Source: a virus
IMG/VR virus record: IMGVR_UViG_3300034418_012856
Span: 19,838 to 83,837 of that record
Direction: 5' to 3' (one strand)
DNA length: 64,000 nt
The notes beneath the pieces were generated by a model. The model had not been told where the DNA came from and searched no databases. It worked only from the letters and a program-made list of their open reading frames with translations. Positions 46,243 through 55,797 of this stretch are shown here, in pieces. Both the position numbers and the translations under genes were made by a program. Position 1 is the first letter of the stretch, and every line of letters begins with the position of its first letter.

Positions 46243-48507
46243 ATGGGAATTAGAGCTACAGATAAAAATAGGAATCTATTCCTCAAAGGATTTAAACTGT
46301 CCGATTCTGGAATGAACGAGGATCCAACTTACCTTGGATTTAAAATAGTTTTTGATCCAGGAATATTGCCTATTAACCCTGAATACGGATGGGCTCCAAG
46401 TCCTTTGTTGAGAGCACAAAATTACACTGAAGGGAATGGGGCTTCTTTTGCTTCATCTCTAGGAAATCCCTTTGGTCAACCTCAGTATGAAAGGAGACAG
46501 AGTGATGTAATCTATTATTCTGCTTATAACTATTTACTGGAAAGGGAAGCAAATTTCCCAGGACAAAACACTCAAAGGAGAGCTCAAGCTCTAAGACAGT
46601 TCCAGAAGCTTTTACAGGAGATAAACACCAATTCCCCTTGGTTTTTCCAATCTATTGATGGACTTGACCAGCTTGGTAAAATTGTTAATCGAGGCGGATG
46701 GCAAAACGAGGACGGAATGGATAATTTCAATCCTCAAAGAACTTCAGGAAGCACATTAACTGTAAATTGTTTGGAATCATTAAACCTCCGTATTTCTGCT
46801 TTAGCAGATCTGTATAATCAAGCTACCTTTGATTATGACAACATGAGGTATTTAGTCCCTAGAAATCTTAGAAAATTCACTATGTGGATCTTTGTTACAG
46901 AGATAAGGAATTTTTTTAAGACTAGTAGACTCACAGCATCGAGCACAGCATTGACAGCGTTGGATGATTTATCTTCTCTGTTGACCACAAATAGAAACCC
47001 AGGATCTTCTGTTGTTGACCAGGGAAATGGGCAATATAGTGTGGGCGGATTTAATATGGGTTCTGAAAACCCAAGCCCTGGTGGAGGTGGAATTGGAGGA
47101 GCGTTTAAGTCCTTTGTAAATAATGTATTTCAGGGATCTGGACTACAAAACGATGTTCAGGCTTTTACTAACCAACAAGACCAAAGCGGTATTAAACCCG
47201 TTATGATTTATGAGTGCCAGCAGTGCGAATTTGATTTTACTGAAAGTACACCAATTAAATCGACCATTGATATGGGATCAAGTACAGCAGATCCTGAAAA
47301 AAATGCTTTTAGAATTCACGTAGGTAAAGTCAGAACTAAAAACCAATATCCAAATATTAGGCAAGATAAGAAGCCTTTGGTATTAGCAGACGGATGGGAT
47401 CAAAATAGATCAAGTTACCAATTTTTAGGTGATGATACACTTTCACTAGAAAATCTATTAGGTCTGGGGCAGCAAGCTTTAACCAACGTGGTTTCTAACG
47501 CAGTATCGGATTTAGTGAACGAGGGTATTAATCAATTCATTGATCCAGCATTAAGTGGAATAGATCAATCATTGCTTGGGAATATTTATTCCTTCAATCC
47601 TTCTCAGTTGACTCAAATGACCAGCCAAAATGGGTCTTTTGGTTTTAATAATTTAGAGAACTTCCTTAACGGAGCTTCTGAAACTGGTATTGATAATATT
47701 TTCAAAGGGAATTTGCCAAACCCCCAAACTATGGGTGAGGGCGGACCTAGGGAAAGGGTCTATCCACCTGTTCCGCCAACTGATGTTTATGGTAAAGTAC
47801 CAGGTGAAGATTTGGGAGTTCCTGACAGAGTTTATCCTGGTGTTAATGCGGATGTTTACCAGAACGTTCCTGGTGAAGACTTAGGAGTTCCGGATAGGGT
47901 TTATCCTACAGTTAATGATGATGTTTACGAGAACGTTCCTGGAAGTGATCTAGGGGTTCCCGACAGGGTTTATGCGGATCCCTCGGGAGATGTTTACGAG
48001 AACGTTCCTGGAAGTGATCTAGGGGTTCCCGATAGGGTTTACGCGGATCCCTCGGGAGATGTTTATGATAATGTACCTGGTTCTGATCTGGGAGTACCTG
48101 ATAGGACATATCCCGAACCTGGTGGTGATGTTTATGCTAACGTCCCTGGTTCCGATCTTGGTGTTCCTGATAGGAATTACTCACCGAATATTAGTGATAA
48201 TGACGTTTACACAGACTCGAACTTTACCACTGATGCCCTAGGCAATTCTAGAGTTTATGGTGATAATTCGTTGGTTTCCTCCCGAGGGGAATTAAGATCT
48301 CCTGAAAATACTTTTACTGAACCACCAGGCCAAGTTTATTCCACACAGAGAAAAAACCCAACGTCCGGTGATATAGGAAATGTTTACCCCGTTACAAATG
48401 GTGATTTCATAATTGAAAGCCCCCTTAATTTGGGGAACTCTAAACCCGCTGATAAATACAATGTAAGTCTGGGTGATTATAACCCTGACGAATACGAAGA
48501 GCAATAA
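46243..48507 (+). CDS. Probable baseplate/tail structural protein with C-terminal repeats
   Basis: EDPTYLGF, PWFFQSIDGL, CLESLNLRI, VP.NLRKF; baseplate context. Confidence 0.5.
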   Translation: MGIRATDKNRNLFLKGFKLSDSGMNEDPTYLGFKIVFDPGILPINPEYGWAPSPLLRAQNYTEGNGASFASSLGNPFGQPQYERRQSDVIYYSAYNYLLEREANFPGQNTQRRAQALRQFQKLLQEINTNSPWFFQSIDGLDQLGKIVNRGGWQNEDGMDNFNPQRTSGSTLTVNCLESLNLRISALADLYNQATFDYDNMRYLVPRNLRKFTMWIFVTEIRNFFKTSRLTASSTALTALDDLSSLLTTNRNPGSSVVDQGNGQYSVGGFNMGSENPSPGGGGIGGAFKSFVNNVFQGSGLQNDVQAFTNQQDQSGIKPVMIYECQQCEFDFTESTPIKSTIDMGSSTADPEKNAFRIHVGKVRTKNQYPNIRQDKKPLVLADGWDQNRSSYQFLGDDTLSLENLLGLGQQALTNVVSNAVSDLVNEGINQFIDPALSGIDQSLLGNIYSFNPSQLTQMTSQNGSFGFNNLENFLNGASETGIDNIFKGNLPNPQTMGEGGPRERVYPPVPPTDVYGKVPGEDLGVPDRVYPGVNADVYQNVPGEDLGVPDRVYPTVNDDVYENVPGSDLGVPDRVYADPSGDVYENVPGSDLGVPDRVYADPSGDVYDNVPGSDLGVPDRTYPEPGGDVYANVPGSDLGVPDRNYSPNISDNDVYTDSNFTTDALGNSRVYGDNSLVSSRGELRSPENTFTEPPGQVYSTQRKNPTSGDIGNVYPVTNGDFIIESPLNLGNSKPADKYNVSLGDYNPDEYEEQ
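47782..48195 (+). repeat. 6 x 69-nt (23-aa DVYENVPGSDLGVPDRVYADPSG-like) coding repeat
   Basis: Units start at 47782, 47851, 47920, 47989, 48058 and 48127. Confidence 0.9.
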
Positions 48508-48519
48508 AATCAGTAATAA

Positions 48520-49194
48520 ATGCCTTATACTCCACCCAAAATCTATCTTGGTGAGATTGTAGATATTAATGATCCAATAAAGGAGGGAAGAGCTAAAGTA
48601 AAGGTCTTTGGTCTTTTTGACGAACTTGAGGTAGAAGACATTCCTTGGGCAAGTCAGGTAAATGGTATTTCTTTTGGTGGTGATGGAAATGGTAGGCTTT
48701 CTGTCCCGAGGGTTGGATCTGTAGTAGCTGTTGAGTTTGATGGCCAGAATTATTATAGAATGATTTATTATGGGCAGTGGGAAAGTTCACCGGAAATGCT
48801 GGCTGAGATAAGTGATTCATATGAGGGTGCACATTCATTTGCATATGATACTGGGGCAGAACCTGGGCCTCTAAAGATATTTTATACCCGTAAAAAAGGT
48901 ATGAACTTTATACTTGGTGATGCTAAGGTTCAGCTAGATACACAAGACGGTGGGCAGCTTAGAATTGTTATTGAAATGGGTGATGACCAGATTAGAATGG
49001 AGAATAATAAAGTTATTGTGAACTCTAACAACATCGAGCTTGGTGAAGCAGCCACCGAATCTGTAATCAAGGGAAATATATTCCAAACATATTTCAACAA
49101 CCATACTCACTTGGGAAATTTAGGCGGACCTACCTCACCTCCGGTTATACCTTCAGATCCTACCCACCTTTCAAACATTTCAAAGACCAAGTAA
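48520..49194 (+). CDS. gp5: Baseplate central spike (gp5/gpV OB-fold), no lysozyme domain
   Basis: YLGEIVDINDP..GRAKVKVFG, IPWA, VP.VGS.V.VEF, C-terminal NHTH apex motif. Confidence 0.85.
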   Translation: MPYTPPKIYLGEIVDINDPIKEGRAKVKVFGLFDELEVEDIPWASQVNGISFGGDGNGRLSVPRVGSVVAVEFDGQNYYRMIYYGQWESSPEMLAEISDSYEGAHSFAYDTGAEPGPLKIFYTRKKGMNFILGDAKVQLDTQDGGQLRIVIEMGDDQIRMENNKVIVNSNNIELGEAATESVIKGNIFQTYFNNHTHLGNLGGPTSPPVIPSDPTHLSNISKTK

Positions 49195-49197
49195 TGG

Positions 49198-52002
49198 ATG
49201 GCTATTTTACCCGATAAAATACTACAGGATTATGAATTTGAGGCTTTCATTAAAAGAGTTAACGAAGGGACTGAAAAAATTATTAGTGATCCCAAGTTTA
49301 AGTTAACGACCCCAGATTTACCTGGTTTATCGTTCCTAATCAAACTCCAAATTAGGGTTTTTGAAAAATCTCTTGCAAGTTCTTTTGCACCTATTTTTCT
49401 CGGAAAAAAGGCATTGAGCGAAGGGTTTAGTGCAGTTAAGGATGCTTTCGAAGCAATCAAAACTTTATTTAGTAATCCTCTACAATTTTTGCTTGACGAG
49501 GGGGTAAACTCAACATTGGAGGATTTCCCATTTCCGCTGAGGCTTGAGCTCGGGGGGAGCAATGTAGGATCCCTTGATTTGCCTCTTTCGGATGCTAGTG
49601 ATCTTTCTGGTTATCGTACTTTTAATTATAACCCCTTATTTAATAGCTCATCCCTCCCTGGTGATGGCGAATACACTACCCCGCAATCTTCCATAGAGGA
49701 TATTCGATCTATTTCTATAAGTAAAACCACCAATACTGATAGTGAAAACATTTTCCTGTCTGTGATAAAGACCGGAGATCCTATTCAAATCTCGGATGGT
49801 GTAACGGTTGGTAATTATACAGTAAGTAGAGTTCAGCAGCAAAGTAGCAACAATAGTGTTAATTTGGAACTAAATTTTATTTCAGCCTCTTTGCTTTCCG
49901 ACACCTCAGCACAAACTTCTGTTCCTGGATTTGGGTTACCGAGCATAGGGTTTGAAAAATGTCAGCTGGCAGTAAGTAATTTTATAGATCCTAGTGGATC
50001 CCTAAAAATTCCTATATCTTCTCTAGGTGTTAATATACCTCTTTTAGGTGGACTTACCTTTGTCATTGGTGATTTTAGCAAGCTTAAAGATAGTTCCCCG
50101 ACTAAAAAATTTGTAGATCGACTTTCACAAGAATCCGGTTTGGAATTTCAAGATGTGTTTGGCGGAATTTTATCTGGTAATTTCCCAAAAGTTGACTTTG
50201 CTAAAATACAAGAGGAGGCTGAAGCTGACATAGGCGAATCAGAGGAGCAAAGTAAGGTTGATCTTATAACGGTTGCCAGGTTTTTGCAGATAGGTGTATC
50301 TAACCCGTGTTTCCTGATCACTGTAATATTGAATTATGTAAAGCTGCTCCTACTTCCAATTAAGGTGGTTGTTAATGTTCTAAAAGGTCTTGGTGATATG
50401 ATCACAGGACCAATTAAGCTTATTAAAACCATTATTACTGGACTCACCAACCCACTGAAACTTATTTGTGATCTTATTTCCCAAGCTTTTTTGGAAGTAC
50501 TCAAGCCCTACATACAACCGTCTCTTACAGCTGCTAATATTACTTGGACTGAAGCACTTGAGGATCCTAATGATTCGACACGTGGACTAAGACCTCTTAT
50601 CTCCGATATGATATGTGGGAAGTTTAATAAAAGACTTAAGGACTATATCCCAAATCAAAGTTTCTTTGACAATTTAAGCAATCAGCTATCCTCACTATAT
50701 GATGACTCTCAGGAAGCTCTTGGACCTCAAATTCCATATGATCTGAGAACAGATGGACTCTCGCCGGGGGAAGGACAGGTTTCTGTGAATTCTGGAAACA
50801 CCTCTGATATTAGGAACTTTAAGGCTTCGACTTTTTCAAATACCGTTGAAAATGCAACTGGACTTCTTGCAAGTCTTTCTCCGGGGGATGAATTTACGTT
50901 TTCTTTCGATGATCAAAGTGGTAAGTATAGGGTCAGCACAAAAAGGTTTGTAACGGATAACGAATTCCCTTATTTTGAATTGGCAGTCCAGCCAGTTCCT
51001 GGTATACTGGAATCAGCTTCATTAAGTAGTAATCTAGACAAAGTTTTGAGTGGTTTAAATGTAGATACGCTAAAAGCACAGCTTTCTATTGCTAATCCAG
51101 ATAAGGAGTTTTTGCTGATAGTTGAGAAATATCTTCCGATAAAGGTTGTTGCTATTTGGGAAGCAATTAAAGGCATTATAGCAATTTTTGGGAGTCTTGC
51201 ACAACAGGTGCCTTCGCTTTTACCAGCAGTTATCCGGGGTTTATTTAGTAACGGAAATGACGGACAAAGCGAAGCTGAAATTTTGGCTGCAATAGAAAGC
51301 GGTGAATTTGACCAAACCTCAACAGCGATAGACTCTGCAATTGAGGTTACTAATTTGTTGTATGGCGGGGGAAATGCTTATACTTACCGAAAGGGATTAG
51401 TTTATCAAGGCTCACCTAGGAGTGGTGGTAATATTCGAGAAAGCAGGGAAGCATTAAGTGATATTTTAAACAACAGCTCTTTCAATGTAGGCCCTGGAAT
51501 TGAAGATGTTTTTTATGATTTGGGGGTTTCCCTAACTGCTTCTGGAAAACAGCCTGTTGTATTTAAAAGTAAATTATCGACCAAACCTGGGAGGAGCACG
51601 GAGTTTAATAATATGCTCAATAGAAAAGTAAGGAAAAAACTAGTTTTTAGAAAAGATGCACCAGGTAAATCTGTTTTTTATTGGGGGGCTTATAACTTGA
51701 ATGACGTAGGAAATACTGTGAAGGTACTCTCTGTGATTATGAGAAATCTTAATATACAGGGAGAGAAGTATTTTAGTACCAAAAATATAAATTTAGAAAA
51801 AGCAACTCTAAAAGTGTATGTAAATAATGATACCGGTACTGGTAGAAAGCTTCTCTATAGTGGAAATTATTTAAATGCCCTCCGTAAGTATAAGTTTGAG
51901 GAGTATAACCTTAAGAAAAAGATTGATGCATACGATCTTAGAATCGTGATAAACAGACAAATGGATCTTTTGGTAAACTATCTCCTCCCGTCTCTCAAAT
52001 AA
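49198..52002 (+). CDS. Large putative tail/baseplate protein with amphipathic helices and a duplicated beta domain
   Basis: Follows the spike gene; two related G(D/E)G...DIR...GD....G.Y.VS segments. Confidence 0.45.
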   Translation: MAILPDKILQDYEFEAFIKRVNEGTEKIISDPKFKLTTPDLPGLSFLIKLQIRVFEKSLASSFAPIFLGKKALSEGFSAVKDAFEAIKTLFSNPLQFLLDEGVNSTLEDFPFPLRLELGGSNVGSLDLPLSDASDLSGYRTFNYNPLFNSSSLPGDGEYTTPQSSIEDIRSISISKTTNTDSENIFLSVIKTGDPIQISDGVTVGNYTVSRVQQQSSNNSVNLELNFISASLLSDTSAQTSVPGFGLPSIGFEKCQLAVSNFIDPSGSLKIPISSLGVNIPLLGGLTFVIGDFSKLKDSSPTKKFVDRLSQESGLEFQDVFGGILSGNFPKVDFAKIQEEAEADIGESEEQSKVDLITVARFLQIGVSNPCFLITVILNYVKLLLLPIKVVVNVLKGLGDMITGPIKLIKTIITGLTNPLKLICDLISQAFLEVLKPYIQPSLTAANITWTEALEDPNDSTRGLRPLISDMICGKFNKRLKDYIPNQSFFDNLSNQLSSLYDDSQEALGPQIPYDLRTDGLSPGEGQVSVNSGNTSDIRNFKASTFSNTVENATGLLASLSPGDEFTFSFDDQSGKYRVSTKRFVTDNEFPYFELAVQPVPGILESASLSSNLDKVLSGLNVDTLKAQLSIANPDKEFLLIVEKYLPIKVVAIWEAIKGIIAIFGSLAQQVPSLLPAVIRGLFSNGNDGQSEAEILAAIESGEFDQTSTAIDSAIEVTNLLYGGGNAYTYRKGLVYQGSPRSGGNIRESREALSDILNNSSFNVGPGIEDVFYDLGVSLTASGKQPVVFKSKLSTKPGRSTEFNNMLNRKVRKKLVFRKDAPGKSVFYWGAYNLNDVGNTVKVLSVIMRNLNIQGEKYFSTKNINLEKATLKVYVNNDTGTGRKLLYSGNYLNALRKYKFEEYNLKKKIDAYDLRIVINRQMDLLVNYLLPSLK

Positions 52003-52019
52003 AGCTAATGTACAGTGTG

Positions 52020-52027
52020 GATATATA
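52020..52027 (+). promoter_or_regulatory. Putative late promoter GATATATA
   Basis: 31 nt upstream of the S1 homolog. Confidence 0.7.
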
Positions 52028-52058
52028 CTGTAATTAACTTTCTAATTCAAAAAAATAA

Positions 52059-53225
52059 ATGAACACGCCAGAAAACACAGATCAAATCCAAGAGGAATTT
52101 AACTGGAACATTCCTAACCGTAGAACAATCAACAGAGACATAGAGGTTTTTGATGATTCGAAAGTTTACTGTAGGGAAGATTATGCACAGTCTCTCTATT
52201 ACCAAATGGCTGAAAGCCTAAAGGGAGTAAACTCTTCTAAGGATTTGAAAACTGGAAATGCTTATGATAGCACCATTACCACTTTAACTGATAAACATGC
52301 GATTGCACAAACTTATGAGGGACAATCAATTTATATTGATTTGGTAAAAGAAAGAAAGGATGCAGATAAGCTTGGTATAACTGGAATTGACTTCGAGATT
52401 GGCTCTGAAATTCAGACCGTTGTTAGAAATGTCAATGGAACCTATTATGGATCTGTCATTGACTGTTTCATTGAAACCACTAAGCAAGAATTCTTTGAAC
52501 AGATTAAAAAAGAATCCTTGGCTTATGAAGCTAGGATTGAATCCATTAATAATGGAGGATACATTGTGGACGTCCAGGGAATTAAATGTTTCCTTCCAGG
52601 TTCACTTGCAGCTGCTAATAAAATTACTGATTTTGAGGCTTACCTTGGTAAGAAGATCTATGTCATGATCGATGGTTATGTACAAAAGAAAGACATTTTT
52701 GTAGTTTCTTATAAGAAGTATCTGAACAAGATTATGGATGAAAAAATCCAAGAACTTGATCTTACTAAGAAATATAAAGGGCATGTTACTGGAACATCAA
52801 GCTTCGGAGTTTTTGTTGAGTGGGAGGATATCTACACTGGCCTTATTCACAAAACTGAATTTGACAACCAAAGGGTTGAAGGATTTACCGCAGGCGATGA
52901 AATAGAATTTTATATCAAGGAGGTTAAGGACGATAATAGATTGACACTAACCTTTGGCGAGCCTGTTGATAAAACCCTGAAAATTTATGATCTTAAGAAA
53001 GACCTTGAAGATGGATCTGCTCCAATATCTAATGCTAAAGTAAAGCATAAAAGGAAGAATGGAGCTTTGGTTGAATTGCCAGAATTTGGTTTGATGGCAA
53101 TGATCCCGCAGGGTCGTTTGGGAAAAGACCACAAAGGACTTAAAACCGGAGACCAAATCCTTGTAACTGTTTACGAGGTTGACCAGGTAATGGGAAAAAT
53201 ATTTGTAGAACCACTCAATGAGTAA
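52059..53225 (+). CDS. rpsA: Ribosomal protein S1 homolog (about 4 S1 domains)
   Basis: GGYIVDVQGIKCFLPGS, VVSYK, GHVTGTSSFGVFVE..TGLIHKTE, GALVEL; N-terminal EEFNW. Confidence 0.85.
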   Translation: MNTPENTDQIQEEFNWNIPNRRTINRDIEVFDDSKVYCREDYAQSLYYQMAESLKGVNSSKDLKTGNAYDSTITTLTDKHAIAQTYEGQSIYIDLVKERKDADKLGITGIDFEIGSEIQTVVRNVNGTYYGSVIDCFIETTKQEFFEQIKKESLAYEARIESINNGGYIVDVQGIKCFLPGSLAAANKITDFEAYLGKKIYVMIDGYVQKKDIFVVSYKKYLNKIMDEKIQELDLTKKYKGHVTGTSSFGVFVEWEDIYTGLIHKTEFDNQRVEGFTAGDEIEFYIKEVKDDNRLTLTFGEPVDKTLKIYDLKKDLEDGSAPISNAKVKHKRKNGALVELPEFGLMAMIPQGRLGKDHKGLKTGDQILVTVYEVDQVMGKIFVEPLNE

Positions 53226-54612
53226 TACCCACTTTGATAAAAGACAGTTACTTTCCTCTGCCTTATTAGGCTTTGAGTTTGAATTCTTCTCTGAAATGGT
53301 CAGGGGAAGGATAACTGAATCTTTGTCCAAACTCTTGGGTAAAAAGGTAATTCTTTCAAATAAGTATCATTCTAAAATTCCAGTTACTAGTGAGGTTTTC
53401 AAGCTAGAGCCAGATTATTCGGGAGGAGGAAAGATGAATGAGCTTGTAACTGGGCCTCTTCCATATGCTGAAGCTATCCCTGTTCTGATCAAGGTTCTAA
53501 AATGGATTGACGAAAACGGGTGGACTACCGATAAATGTGCCTTCCAATTTTCTCTTAGCTTTGACAAATTTGATAGATCTGTTAAAAGAATGGAAGAACT
53601 TGATAAGTTACAATTTATCCTTGGTATTGACGAGGGGCTCATATATTCTAAGTTTGGTAACAGGAAAAATAACGTATATTCAAGATCTATCAAAAAGGTT
53701 GTACCAAGAAATAGATTTTCAATTCTTGAGAACGTTTCACAGATTGACCCAAAGCTATTTAGAATTCCTGACGAGAAATATTATGGCGCTAATTTTACAA
53801 AGGTACCAAAGGGATACATCGAAATAAGATATCTTGGTGGTAAAGACTATCAGAAAAAGATAACTGCAATTCGTGATGTAATAGATTATGTGGTTCTTTA
53901 TACCTATGATATTCTTTCGGGGAGAAGGACATATACTAAAACTGACCTTGAGAACCTTAAATCCATGATGAAGGAATATTCAAAGGTTGTAAGAAGTTTT
54001 TCTGATCCAGAAGCTTTCTTTATGAATTTCCCAGATTTTCACCTTTTGGTGGATTTGAAGGGCTATCTGGAAAATATTAAGACCTATTTCCCGTACATCA
54101 GGGAGAAGGTCTTTGATATCATAGTGGAGGGTAATGTAAAGAACGGTTTCTTCAATTATGATACTACTAATGGAAGATTCCAGCTTAAGGATGCCAAAAT
54201 TAAAAGTGCAACCTATCTGGACAATTTGGATCTTATAAATTGTAAGGTTAGATCTTCTAAGCTTGACAATTGTAGAATATTCAGCTGTGACATTAGGAAT
54301 AGTGAAATCTACAACTCCGAGGTTTTAAATGGTAATAAGGTTTCTAAATCTAAAATAAAGGACACAAGTGCCGATTTTGGAAACAAGCTTATTGAATGCT
54401 ATATAGATTCCCCTGAAAAAATGATTGATTGCGAAATCACTGGCGGTGTTTTGAGAAAGGGTGATATCGGAAGGAATGCCGATGTGAGTAAAGAAACCGA
54501 AAAGGCCAAAGACTTTAATGAAATTAGAAAGGGAAGATTTATAACTGACTCGAGATTGAAAAATCTTAACGACCCTATTTCTAGGATAAAGTTTAAAAAT
54601 CAGAATTACTAA
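53218..54612 (+). CDS. Putative amidoligase (COOH-NH2 ligase fold) with C-terminal beta-helix-like repeats
   Basis: GFEFEF, EPDYS..NELVTGP, KYYGANF, IEIRYLGG; periodic C/S-x-I tail. Confidence 0.65.
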   Translation: MSNTHFDKRQLLSSALLGFEFEFFSEMVRGRITESLSKLLGKKVILSNKYHSKIPVTSEVFKLEPDYSGGGKMNELVTGPLPYAEAIPVLIKVLKWIDENGWTTDKCAFQFSLSFDKFDRSVKRMEELDKLQFILGIDEGLIYSKFGNRKNNVYSRSIKKVVPRNRFSILENVSQIDPKLFRIPDEKYYGANFTKVPKGYIEIRYLGGKDYQKKITAIRDVIDYVVLYTYDILSGRRTYTKTDLENLKSMMKEYSKVVRSFSDPEAFFMNFPDFHLLVDLKGYLENIKTYFPYIREKVFDIIVEGNVKNGFFNYDTTNGRFQLKDAKIKSATYLDNLDLINCKVRSSKLDNCRIFSCDIRNSEIYNSEVLNGNKVSKSKIKDTSADFGNKLIECYIDSPEKMIDCEITGGVLRKGDIGRNADVSKETEKAKDFNEIRKGRFITDSRLKNLNDPISRIKFKNQNY

Positions 54613-54613
54613 A

Positions 54614-55390
54614 ATGACTCTAGAAGAATTAGTACAGGAAATTAAAGATGATCTTTCAGCAAGCTGTTCGCTTCCGTATAACTTAAACGATGATGAAATT
54701 CATAGAATTATCAGGAGAGCAAAGTTATACATGTATGACAATTATCAATATGCTGCTGAGGAAAGGGTTTTCATCCTGGCTAATAATCTTTTTGCACATG
54801 AGGAGTTTAGGAGAACTAGACAGGTAAAACTTCCCGAAAAGATAGTTAGTGTTTATGACGTTAGGGAAGTAAATGGTATGGGAATAGCTGGAACCCCAGA
54901 TAGGGATTTCGGTGATTCCAAGCTATTGGGATCTGAGCTTTTACTTTCTCCATTTACTGGAGACAACCTAGTCTATAGGACAGTAATGTATTCTTATTTT
55001 GACTTAGCCCAAGCATATCTGCTTCCAACCTTTGCTTTTAAGTTTAACAAGAATAATAAAAAGCTTACCATTCTTGGTCGCGATCCAAATAGATCTGGAT
55101 CTGGTGGAGTTGGAACTGGATATAATCAAAATGGAATGGACGTCGCTGTTAGATGCTTTATTGCTATTGACGACTATGAGCTTTATGACGATGAACTTTT
55201 TGTTAGATACTGCTTGGCAAAATCTAAAATTTCACTATCTAGGGTGCTTAGCGCATTCGATTATAACCTACCTGGTGGCGTTAGAGTTAACACTTCAGAA
55301 TTAAGATCTGACGGTGAAAGAGAACTCCAAGAGGTTATGGATATGATCAACGGAGAGAACACTCCTTCTTATTTCTTACAGTGGAACTAA
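54614..55390 (+). CDS. gp13: Neck protein (gp13-like)
   Basis: F.FN..NKKL.I, Y.LAK.K..L.RVL..F...LPGGV.VN...L..DG..EL. Confidence 0.75.
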   Translation: MTLEELVQEIKDDLSASCSLPYNLNDDEIHRIIRRAKLYMYDNYQYAAEERVFILANNLFAHEEFRRTRQVKLPEKIVSVYDVREVNGMGIAGTPDRDFGDSKLLGSELLLSPFTGDNLVYRTVMYSYFDLAQAYLLPTFAFKFNKNNKKLTILGRDPNRSGSGGVGTGYNQNGMDVAVRCFIAIDDYELYDDELFVRYCLAKSKISLSRVLSAFDYNLPGGVRVNTSELRSDGERELQEVMDMINGENTPSYFLQWN

Positions 55391-55394
55391 TCTT

Positions 55395-55402
55395 GATATA
55401 TA
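55395..55402 (+). promoter_or_regulatory. Putative late promoter GATATATA
   Basis: 19 nt upstream of 55422. Confidence 0.7.
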
Positions 55403-55421
55403 TGGGGAATTAAAATTTCCC

Positions 55422-55793
55422 ATGGTAGAGATTTATAACAGAGATCCAGGAGACCCTAATTACAAAGAAAATGTTGTTGAGATAACTCAGCCTGTAGAAA
55501 TTTGTGTAGGACAGCTGAAAATGTTGCTTCTTACAAATAAGGGTGAGGTATTAGGGGATCCTAAATTTGGGTTAAATCTAGAAGAACTCGTTTTTAGCCT
55601 AGAATTATCTGAATCAACCCTTAGGGAGGAGATTGAAAAGGGTCTTAGATTTTATGTACCTCTGTTTGGTCAGCTTGGTGGTTATTTTGATTTAAAATTT
55701 TATCAGGGAACAGAGAGAGATATCTGTCTATTGGATTTTTTCATTCCACAGTCCAGTAATCAAAGCCCTTTAATATCACTGAAAGTAAGTTAA
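55422..55793 (+). CDS. gp25: Baseplate wedge subunit
   Basis: LLTNKGEVLGDPKFGLNL..LVF. Confidence 0.8.
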   Translation: MVEIYNRDPGDPNYKENVVEITQPVEICVGQLKMLLLTNKGEVLGDPKFGLNLEELVFSLELSESTLREEIEKGLRFYVPLFGQLGGYFDLKFYQGTERDICLLDFFIPQSSNQSPLISLKVS

Positions 55794-55797
55794 AAAG

